The notes under the pieces are model-generated. The model was not told the DNA's origin. It did not search any database and worked only from the letters and a program-made list of their open reading frames with translations. DNA of 64,000 nucleotides. It comes from Stellaceae bacterium. Lineage in GTDB: Bacteria > Pseudomonadota > Alphaproteobacteria > ATCC43930 > CGMCC-115725. Shown piece by piece: positions 36,476 through 44,151 of the stretch (the stretch's first letter is position 1; every line of letters starts with the position of its first letter). Location of the stretch: positions 35,388-99,387 of the forward strand of contig DATBPQ010000102.1 of the NCBI GenBank assembly GCA_036561245.1. Reading direction: 5' to 3'. A program made the translations under genes and the position numbers.

Positions 36476-38059
36476 TTGGCACAGGTTCGGACCCTTCGCG
36501 GCGACGAAGCCACCGGCACTTATGGTGCCGCGGCGAGCAAGCGCGCCGCCGACATTGAACATGATCGGCGCGCGCCCGAGATTCATGACGCAACGACGCT
36601 CGCCCTCGGTGACAATGTCGTCGCGCGCGATTATCCACCCGCTGCCGTCACCGCGCTGCTGATCGCCGAAACGGTCGCGATTTTCTGCATCGGCAGCCTC
36701 GCCGCCGCTTTGTTCAATGTCAGCATGGGCGCGGGCCCGTTCGGCGCGCACCGCGTCACTATCGCCGCGGCCGCCGTGATGTTCCCCATCCTCGCCAGTT
36801 TCCAGGGCAGCTTCACCGGCCGCGTCGCGAACATCCGAGCGCTGTGGGGCTTGCGGCTCCTGGCGCCGCTCGCCGTCGGGCAATGGATCGCCGTCACCGG
36901 CTTCTCGGTGCTGTACCCGGCCACGATCGGCGCCGCCGCCGAACCCGCGGTCCTGCATTGGCTTGGCGCCTGGTTCGTCGCCTCGTATATCGCGTGCGGC
37001 GCCGTTAACACAGGGTTCGAAGCGTTGATTCGCCGCCGCGACCGTCTGGGCAAATCGGTGCGCCACGTTGTCGTTTATGGTGGCAGCTCGCACGGCCAAC
37101 GGTTCATCGCGGCGCTGTCGCGGCAGCCCAACCGCTGCCTGACGATCGACGCCTTCTTCGACGAGCGCGCCAGCGCGGTGCCGAATCGGATCGGCGAGAT
37201 TCCGTTCGGCGGCGGCGCCGACGAACTCATTACCTATGTCCAGCGCAACGCCATCGATGAGATTTTTGTAGCGCTGCCCTGGTCGGCGGACAGCCGTATC
37301 CTCGATATCCTTCGCATGTTCCGGCAACTGCCCGCGTCGGTGCGGCTGGCGCCGGAATCGACGCTGCTCCATCCGGCGCTGAGCCCCGACACGGCCACGC
37401 TGGCTCCCGTCATCCGCCGCACGCCGTTGACGCCGTGGGGCGTTTTCTTCAAGAGCATTCTCGACCGCACCCTCGCGGCCGTCGCCCTGCTATGGTTCTC
37501 GCCGCTGTTCGCCGGCATTGCCATCGCAATCAAGCTGACCAGCCGCGGGCCAGTGTTCTTCCGCCAGAACCGGCTTGGCTTCAACAATCTACCGTTCTCG
37601 GTCTACAAGTTCCGCACCATGCGCGTCGCCACCACCGAGGATCAGACGCTGAAGCAGGCGCGGCGCAAGGATTCGCGCGTTACCGAGGTCGGCGCGTTCC
37701 TGCGGCGCTGGAGCCTCGACGAGCTGCCCCAAATCCTCAACGTCTTGAAGGGCGACATGTCGCTGGTGGGGCCGCGGCCGCATCCGATGTGGCGCAAGGC
37801 GAGCGATTTGTGGGAACAGGGCGGCAGCGAACCGATCGAAGCCATCGTCCACGAATATGCCGCGCGCCATCGCGTGAAACCCGGCATCACCGGCTGGGCC
37901 CAGATTTCCGGCTATCGCGGCGAGACGGCCACCATCGACCGCATGCATAAGCGCGTGGAGCTCGATATCTACTACATCGACCATTGGTCGCTGTGGTTCG
38001 ACGTCAAGATCATCCTCCGCACCTTCATCGCGCTGTTCAAATCCGAAGGCGTCTATTGA
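36476..38059 (+). CDS. Undecaprenyl-phosphate sugar phosphotransferase (WbaP/EpsB-type priming transferase)
   Basis: 527 aa. N-terminal TM bundle and central Rossmann-like region. C-terminal bacterial sugar transferase domain (LDRTLAAVALLWFSPLF...GPVFFRQNRLGFNNLPFSVYKFRTM...DELPQILNVLKGDMSLVGPRP). The only in-frame start before TM1 is the TTG at 36476. Confidence 0.85.
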   Translation: MAQVRTLRGDEATGTYGAAASKRAADIEHDRRAPEIHDATTLALGDNVVARDYPPAAVTALLIAETVAIFCIGSLAAALFNVSMGAGPFGAHRVTIAAAAVMFPILASFQGSFTGRVANIRALWGLRLLAPLAVGQWIAVTGFSVLYPATIGAAAEPAVLHWLGAWFVASYIACGAVNTGFEALIRRRDRLGKSVRHVVVYGGSSHGQRFIAALSRQPNRCLTIDAFFDERASAVPNRIGEIPFGGGADELITYVQRNAIDEIFVALPWSADSRILDILRMFRQLPASVRLAPESTLLHPALSPDTATLAPVIRRTPLTPWGVFFKSILDRTLAAVALLWFSPLFAGIAIAIKLTSRGPVFFRQNRLGFNNLPFSVYKFRTMRVATTEDQTLKQARRKDSRVTEVGAFLRRWSLDELPQILNVLKGDMSLVGPRPHPMWRKASDLWEQGGSEPIEAIVHEYAARHRVKPGITGWAQISGYRGETATIDRMHKRVELDIYYIDHWSLWFDVKIILRTFIALFKSEGVY

Positions 38060-38070
38060 GAGCCGGAACG

Positions 38071-40383
38071 ATGGGGATCGCCCACCTCCGGCCACGGTCC
38101 CGCCCGCTCGCGACGATGCTCGCCGCGGCGGCGATGTCGCTTGCCGCCGGCCCGCTCGGCGCGGCGACATCGGAAATGTGTCAACCGCCGCCGCCCGCGA
38201 GCCAGCGTTTCCAGCCGCTGACCGCGGCGCCGCCGCGTCCCTGGAGCGCACCGACGATCCGGCGCGACCATCCGCGATTGTTCTTCGATCCGGCCCATCT
38301 GGCGCGCTTCCGGGCGCATTGGACCGATCCGGCCTATGCCTCCGTGGTGAAAGAATACAAATTCGACGTCGGGCTCGACCCGGTGAGCGAAGCGTTGCGC
38401 GGTCTCGCCATCGAAGACGAAGCCGCGTGCCGGCTCGCCGCGCGTACCGTCGCATCCGCCGGATGGAAGCCGAAAAAGAATCTGTCGAGCGGGCCGCCTG
38501 GCGGCTTCGACTGGAATATCTTCGGCCCGCCCGACTATGTCTACGGTGACGCCGAGGCGCTGGTGTTCGACTGGTGCTATTTCGCGCTGACGCCGGAGCT
38601 GAAGGCGCGGCTGATCGCCAAGATCGAAGCGGCGAACGCAAAGCGCGAGGCATCACTCAACAAGAAATTCCAATGGCACGAGGCGCATTTCCTCGGTCTC
38701 CACGGCTATCTCATGGGCGTGCTCGCCGTCGCGGGCGAGCCCGGCGCAAGCGACCGGCTGCAAAAGGCGCAGAACGCGCTCCAGAATTTCACCGACATCG
38801 GCAACGAGCTGCATGGTGACGGCGGCTACAAGACCTATTCCTATCAGGACACGTTCCTGATCGTGCCGTCGATCCTGTGGAGCATGGCGACCGGCCAGGA
38901 CGTGGTGCGCCGCAACCAGTTCGTCATGCATCATGCAGATTTCCTGCTGCGCCGCCTGTCGCAGGACGGCGACGATTTCATCGCCGGCCCCGGCGACCAA
39001 GCCTCGGATCAGCGCGGCATGGTTATCCGGCTGCAAAACCCGTCTGCGCTCGGCCCGCTGATGATCGCCGATTATCTCCATGACGGGTTCGCGCAATGGC
39101 TCGGCCAGTTCCTCCTGGAAAAACAGGGGTTCGGCAAGCGCTGGGACAATCCGCGCTGGCTCGACCTGATTTTCCACGACGACAAACTGACGCCCGTGCC
39201 GCCAGCGCGCGCTGACATCCCGCCGGTGCGTTACTTGGCCCGTGAAGGCATGGTCGATTTCCGCTCGGGCTGGAACACCGGCAAGGCCGGCGCCGAGGAC
39301 ATCGACGCCTGGTTCTATCTCGGGCCGATGACCGAGCACGCCGAAACCGACGCCGGGCATTTCACGCTATGGCGCGGCAACGACGATCTCATCGTCGAGG
39401 GCGCGAACTATCTGAGCCGGCCGACCCGCTATCACCTTCTGTGGAGCGCGCTATCGCTTGCACGCAACACCGAAGTGTTTTCGCCTGTCGGCAGCAAATC
39501 GCCCGATCTCGACGGCGCCGAGCTGCCGCCGCCGACCATGGTCTATGACGACGGCCGCCAGTTCGGCGATGTCGGCGCCGAGCGGCTGGTCAAGAGCCAG
39601 TCCGACGCGACGCGGTCGCGCCTCGCGACTTTGTCGGCCGAGGCCTATCCGGTCGCCAACCGCATCATCTGGTACCCGGAATATGCCGCCTATCTCGGCC
39701 GGATTGATGACTTCTCCGACACCGGCGCGATCGCGCAAGCGACCGGCGACGCCACCGCCGCCTACGACCCGAACCACGTCCTGTCGTTCCGGCGCAGCGT
39801 GATCGACGTCAAACCGGATTTTTTCATTGTCCGCGACCGCTATCGCCTGCGCGACGTCGCCAGCGCGCGTATGTTCTTTCACACCCGCGACAAGCCCGTC
39901 GCCGCCGGCCTGCGCGTCATAGAAGGCAGCGAAACCGCCGGTGTCCTCGAAGGACGCGGCAACCGTGTCACCGTCGTGCGCGGCCAGAGCCAGGCGGTGA
40001 TCCAGATCTTGTCGCCGGCCGACGCCGTCATCCGTCTGGTAGGAGGTCCCGGCTATGAGAACTATGTCGACGGCACCAATGTCGAGGCTCGCGGCAATAC
40101 CGCCGATTGGCTAACGAAGCAGCCGGACTTCGCCGCGCGGATCGCGCGCATCACCGGCACTTGGCGCATTGAAATCGAAAACCTCCATCCCGGCCGCGAC
40201 GGCGAGACGATTGTCGCCATCGCCGTTGGCGCGCGCGGTGCGGCACCGCCTGCGGTCCACCTCGTTCGCGCCGGAAGCGGCGAGACCGTGGAGCTGCGCC
40301 GCGGCAACGGCCGACCTATTGCCGTCAGCCTATCCGACACCAAGGAGTCCGATCGTGACATCGCTGCCTGCGTCACCAATTGA
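38071..40383 (+). CDS. Exported heparinase II/III-like (polysaccharide lyase fold) protein
   Basis: I chose the ATG at 38071 (MGIAHLRPRSRPLATMLAAAAMSLAAGPLGAA signal). The block TEHAETDAGHFTLWRGNDDLIVEGANY resembles the heparinase II/III C-terminal motif. About 770 aa. Confidence 0.62.
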   Translation: MGIAHLRPRSRPLATMLAAAAMSLAAGPLGAATSEMCQPPPPASQRFQPLTAAPPRPWSAPTIRRDHPRLFFDPAHLARFRAHWTDPAYASVVKEYKFDVGLDPVSEALRGLAIEDEAACRLAARTVASAGWKPKKNLSSGPPGGFDWNIFGPPDYVYGDAEALVFDWCYFALTPELKARLIAKIEAANAKREASLNKKFQWHEAHFLGLHGYLMGVLAVAGEPGASDRLQKAQNALQNFTDIGNELHGDGGYKTYSYQDTFLIVPSILWSMATGQDVVRRNQFVMHHADFLLRRLSQDGDDFIAGPGDQASDQRGMVIRLQNPSALGPLMIADYLHDGFAQWLGQFLLEKQGFGKRWDNPRWLDLIFHDDKLTPVPPARADIPPVRYLAREGMVDFRSGWNTGKAGAEDIDAWFYLGPMTEHAETDAGHFTLWRGNDDLIVEGANYLSRPTRYHLLWSALSLARNTEVFSPVGSKSPDLDGAELPPPTMVYDDGRQFGDVGAERLVKSQSDATRSRLATLSAEAYPVANRIIWYPEYAAYLGRIDDFSDTGAIAQATGDATAAYDPNHVLSFRRSVIDVKPDFFIVRDRYRLRDVASARMFFHTRDKPVAAGLRVIEGSETAGVLEGRGNRVTVVRGQSQAVIQILSPADAVIRLVGGPGYENYVDGTNVEARGNTADWLTKQPDFAARIARITGTWRIEIENLHPGRDGETIVAIAVGARGAAPPAVHLVRAGSGETVELRRGNGRPIAVSLSDTKESDRDIAACVTN

Positions 40384-41425
40384 CGCGCCCCGCGCCGCCA
40401 AGCGCATCCTCGCCTGGCCGCGCGACCTGCGGCTCAACCCGATGCCGGGCATGGTCTATGACGACATGGAGCAGGGTTTCGGCTGGCGCGTCCGGCGCTT
40501 TAACTATTGGCGCGCGCTGATCGGCAGCGAGGCCATTCTGCATGTCAGCTTCCCCAACGTCGTGTTCCGCAACCGCTCCAAGGTCGTGACGCTGGCGCGC
40601 TATGCCCTGTCGGCAACGTCGCTGCGCGCCGCGCGGTTTCTGGGCCGGCGCTTGGTCTGGACGGTGCACAATCTCGCCGACCATGAGAGTTATCACCCGC
40701 GTCTCGAGGCGCGATTCATGGATTTTTACACCCGGCTGGTCGATCTCGCCGTGCATTTGAGCGAGGCCGGTCGCGAGGTCACGATGGCGCGCTATCCGCG
40801 TCTCGGCGCCATCCAAAACACCGTGATTCCGCATCCGCATTACGGCGAGATCATCGGCGAGCGGATGTCGCGCGAGGCGGCGCTGGCACGGCTCGGCCTG
40901 CCGCCCGACTGCAAGCTGATCCTCGCTTTCGGCGTGGTGCGGCGATACAAGAACCTGCTCAAGCTGATCCGCGCCTTCAACGACATGCCGGGCAACGATA
41001 CCCGGCTGTTGATCGCGGGCATGCCGCTCGATGCCGGCATCGCCGACGCGATGAAGCGGGTCGCCGGCGATGGCCGCGTCACGTTGATGCTGCGTACCAT
41101 CAAGGAGCCGGAGATCGCGACCCTGTTCAGCGCGGCAACGCTGGTGGTGGCGCCCTATCTCGAAATTCTCAATTCCGGCACCGCGTTCATGAGCCTGACC
41201 TACGGCCGGCCGATCCTGGTGCCGGATCGCGGCGCGCTCAAGGAATTGCGGACTCACGTCGGCGACGCATGGATCAAGCTGTTCGACGCGCCGCTGACGC
41301 CGCTGGAGCTCGGCGACGCGCTTTATTGGGCGCAGCAACCGCGTCCGCCGGCGCCGAATCTCAGCCGTTTCGCGCCGGAACGGATCGCCGCTTCCTACGA
41401 CGAGGCGTTCGCCGCCCTCATTTAA
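40355..41425 (+). CDS. Glycosyltransferase (GT-B, group 1-like)
   Basis: GTG at 40355 is preceded by AAGGAG 7 nt upstream. The C-terminal half (ILAFGVVRRYKN...LLIAG...ATLVVAPYLEILNSGTAFMSLTYGRPILVP) fits GT4-type donor-binding motifs. It overlaps the upstream gene by 29 nt. Confidence 0.7.
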   Translation: MTSLPASPIDAPRAAKRILAWPRDLRLNPMPGMVYDDMEQGFGWRVRRFNYWRALIGSEAILHVSFPNVVFRNRSKVVTLARYALSATSLRAARFLGRRLVWTVHNLADHESYHPRLEARFMDFYTRLVDLAVHLSEAGREVTMARYPRLGAIQNTVIPHPHYGEIIGERMSREAALARLGLPPDCKLILAFGVVRRYKNLLKLIRAFNDMPGNDTRLLIAGMPLDAGIADAMKRVAGDGRVTLMLRTIKEPEIATLFSAATLVVAPYLEILNSGTAFMSLTYGRPILVPDRGALKELRTHVGDAWIKLFDAPLTPLELGDALYWAQQPRPPAPNLSRFAPERIAASYDEAFAALI

Positions 41426-43430
41426 CCGTCGCGGTGTAGACGCCATCCCAGTCGGGCGGCGGCGGCGCTGCTTCGAACTCGCGGATGCGATGTTCGTAGA
41501 GCGCGTAAAACGGCATCACGAGTTCGGGCGCCTCGGCGCGGCAGGCATGAAGATGACGCCGCGCCTCCGCCCATTGCTGCGCGCGATAGGCCGCAAGCAA
41601 AGCATCGTGCGAGATCTTGAGCGCGACGAACGCCGGATTGGTCGCGACCGCCTCGTCGCCGACCAGCGTGAAAATGCGCACGGGCTTGGTCTTGCCCTTC
41701 ACCAGGATCAGGTCGAGCTCAAGATAGGCGAAGCCGGGACATTCGTTCGCCGTCGGCTCGTTGACGACGATATCGACGCCGTAGGTCTTGGACTGACCTT
41801 CAAGCCGCGAGCAGACATTCACTTCGTCGCCGAGCACGGAATAGTTGAGGCGCTGCGGCGTGCCCATGTTGCCGACACAACATTCGCCGGTGTTGATGCC
41901 GATGCCGATACGTACCGCGGTGTAGGGATGATGCGCCGCTTCGGCCTCGGCCTTGAGGCCGGCGTTGAACCGCACCAACTCCGAGCGCATCGCCAGCGCG
42001 GCGCGGCAGGCATGCTCGGCATGGGCGGGGTCGTCCACCGGCGCGTTCCAGAACGCCATGATCGCGTCGCCCATGTATTTGTCGATGGTGCCGCCGGCCG
42101 CGAGGATCGCGTCGCTCATCGGCGTCATGAAGCGGTTGACGAAATGCGTCAACTCCTGGGCGTTGAAGCGCTCGGAGATCGTGGTAAAGCTGCGGATGTC
42201 GCTGAACATCAGCGTCAGGTCGCGCATCTCGCCGCCGAGCTTCAGCATGCCTGGGTCGTCGGCGAGCCGCTTCACCAGTTGCGGATTGAGATAGCGCGCG
42301 AACGCCGACTGGATGAATTCGCGCTGGCGCCGCGCCTGCCGGCCGGTGATGGCGTCGGTGCCCCACAACGACAGCAGGAACGCGACGCTTGGCTCCAGAA
42401 GCGGCACCATCACGCCGGTGAAATAGGTCGCCGCGAAACCCGCCACCCAGAGCACGACGAGAATCACGGCGCCGACCGCAAGATAAAAACCGAAATGGCG
42501 GTGCAGCAAGCCGAACCCGGCGCCAAGCGCGGCCATGAACAGCACGAGCAGAATCTCGCCTGTGAGATCGAGCCGCTGTGAGTGGTGCCCGGCCAGCAAC
42601 TGCGCGACCGCGTCCGCATGTATCTCGACGCCCGGCAATTGGCCGCGCAGACCCGGATAAACCACATGGAACGGCGTGCGGTGGCGGTCGGTCAGGCTGA
42701 CGATTTCGCCGATCATGACCACCTTCCCGGCGAACCAGGATGCCGGCAAGAGCGGTGCGACATGGGCCGGATAAATCTTGAACGGACTCGTCTTGCTGTC
42801 GGGACGGCCATGCCAGACGATTTCTTCCTGCACCGCCGGCGTCTTGATCCCGGCGCTTGCCGCCACCGCGCGTGCCAGGCCGGGGATATATTTTCCGTCC
42901 GTCCCTTCGGCGCCCGGGAAAATCCAGCGCACCGTGCCATCCACCGGGTCGACCGCGAATTCCGCGCGCGCACGCAGGCGCGGCGGCAGGAAATCGTTGA
43001 GATATTTGAGTTGCGCCGAGTCGACAAATTGCCGGTTGTCGCTGTAGGAGACGTGAAGCGGCGTCTTGAGCGCAGCCATCGTGTCTTTCAGCGCCTTGTC
43101 CTTGTCCGGCTCGGTCGCCTGGTCGAACAGCACGTCGAGGCCGATGGCGCGCGGCTTCTTGGCATCGAGGCTGGCGAGGAGTTTCGCGAGGAAGCCGCGA
43201 TCGACCGGCGAGCGGTACGGAAACTGCTTAAGCGTATCCTCGTTGATCGCGACGATCACCACGTTGGGGTCCTGCGGCTCCGGCGGCAACATGGTCGCGA
43301 TGCGGATGTCGGCGACGATACGTTCGAGCTGAGTTAGAACCGCGATCTTGTGCGCCGCCACCATCGCGGCGGCGGTCACGATCAACGTAACGGCGGCAAA
43401 GACGACGAGAGCCCGCCATTTGAACTTCAT
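41418..43430 (-). CDS. CHASE2 sensor-domain class III adenylate/guanylate cyclase (predicted adenylate cyclase)
   Basis: 670 aa. TM1, then a periplasmic CHASE2 domain (VVIVAINEDTLKQFPYRSPVDRGFLAKLL...AIGLDVLFDQ), three TMs, then the cyclase domain (LTLMFSDIRSFTT, IDKYMGDAIMAFWNAP, IGINTGECCVGNMG, LGDEVNVCSRLE). Confidence 0.9.
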   Translation of the reverse strand: MKFKWRALVVFAAVTLIVTAAAMVAAHKIAVLTQLERIVADIRIATMLPPEPQDPNVVIVAINEDTLKQFPYRSPVDRGFLAKLLASLDAKKPRAIGLDVLFDQATEPDKDKALKDTMAALKTPLHVSYSDNRQFVDSAQLKYLNDFLPPRLRARAEFAVDPVDGTVRWIFPGAEGTDGKYIPGLARAVAASAGIKTPAVQEEIVWHGRPDSKTSPFKIYPAHVAPLLPASWFAGKVVMIGEIVSLTDRHRTPFHVVYPGLRGQLPGVEIHADAVAQLLAGHHSQRLDLTGEILLVLFMAALGAGFGLLHRHFGFYLAVGAVILVVLWVAGFAATYFTGVMVPLLEPSVAFLLSLWGTDAITGRQARRQREFIQSAFARYLNPQLVKRLADDPGMLKLGGEMRDLTLMFSDIRSFTTISERFNAQELTHFVNRFMTPMSDAILAAGGTIDKYMGDAIMAFWNAPVDDPAHAEHACRAALAMRSELVRFNAGLKAEAEAAHHPYTAVRIGIGINTGECCVGNMGTPQRLNYSVLGDEVNVCSRLEGQSKTYGVDIVVNEPTANECPGFAYLELDLILVKGKTKPVRIFTLVGDEAVATNPAFVALKISHDALLAAYRAQQWAEARRHLHACRAEAPELVMPFYALYEHRIREFEAAPPPPDWDGVYTATVK

Positions 43431-43437
43431 TCCGCGA

Positions 43438-44151
43438 CTAGCGGGCGGCTTGCAGCAGCGACTTTACTTGGGGCACGCAGCCGACCTGGATCATCCAGGC
43501 GGCACGCATCGCGTCGTTGCTCACGGCGGCGGGCATCGTCACCAACGTCACCGCGGTTTCCTTGTTGCCGACCCTGATCACATAGGTCTGGCGATTGCGC
43601 AGCGGCACGGCGGCGCCGAGCGGCAGGCGATCGGTCCCCGCCTGCCATTCGGTGCGCACCAGCCAGCTCCTGTCGTAGGGCGCGATGGTCACGGCTGACG
43701 CCCCGCCACCGCCAGGCCGCCAGAAAACGACCGGGTAGTTAGCGGGCAGGCAGCGCGTGCCGTCGCGCGTGACGTCGACCAGCCATGGCTGGGGCGGCAC
43801 CGGATCGTCGGCGGCGCCGCGCACCACGCCAAGTTCGGAATTGTCGGCCAGTTCCTGCGTCACCAGAGTCCGCAGCGCGCCCTTCACGTCCACCGTCGAG
43901 CCGCCCTGGCTCGGCGCTGGCGCGGCGTTCGACGGACCATGCAACTTGATGATTTCCCCGCTCGGCGAGATCAGGGTCACAACCTGCCCGTCCTTGAGCG
44001 CCAACGGCTTGCTGCCGTCGATCTCGGCGCCAGGCTTCAAATCGATGCCGCGCGCCTCGACCACGACGAGGTTGGCGGCGCGCGCAGCCGCGGCGCCCAT
44101 CGTCACGGCCAACAGGGTAACCGCCGCCATCGTGAGAAGTCGAGCGAGCAT
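43438..44151 (-). CDS. Exported 237-aa protein of unknown family (possible FecR-like N-terminal and DUF928-like C-terminal regions)
   Basis: The start ATG at 44149-44151 overlaps the CHAT stop (TGATG). Signal peptide MLARLLTMAAVTLLAVTMGAAAARA-AN. The longer track ORF (to 44622) overlaps the CHAT gene out of frame and is not credible. Confidence 0.7.
   Translation of the reverse strand: MLARLLTMAAVTLLAVTMGAAAARAANLVVVEARGIDLKPGAEIDGSKPLALKDGQVVTLISPSGEIIKLHGPSNAAPAPSQGGSTVDVKGALRTLVTQELADNSELGVVRGAADDPVPPQPWLVDVTRDGTRCLPANYPVVFWRPGGGGASAVTIAPYDRSWLVRTEWQAGTDRLPLGAAVPLRNRQTYVIRVGNKETAVTLVTMPAAVSNDAMRAAWMIQVGCVPQVKSLLQAAR

Noticed and set aside
40373-41446. 357-aa minus-strand ORF
   Set aside because: It is antisense to the GT-B glycosyltransferase gene, which has an AAGGAG SD and GT4-type motifs. 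The product has biased Arg/Gln/His composition.
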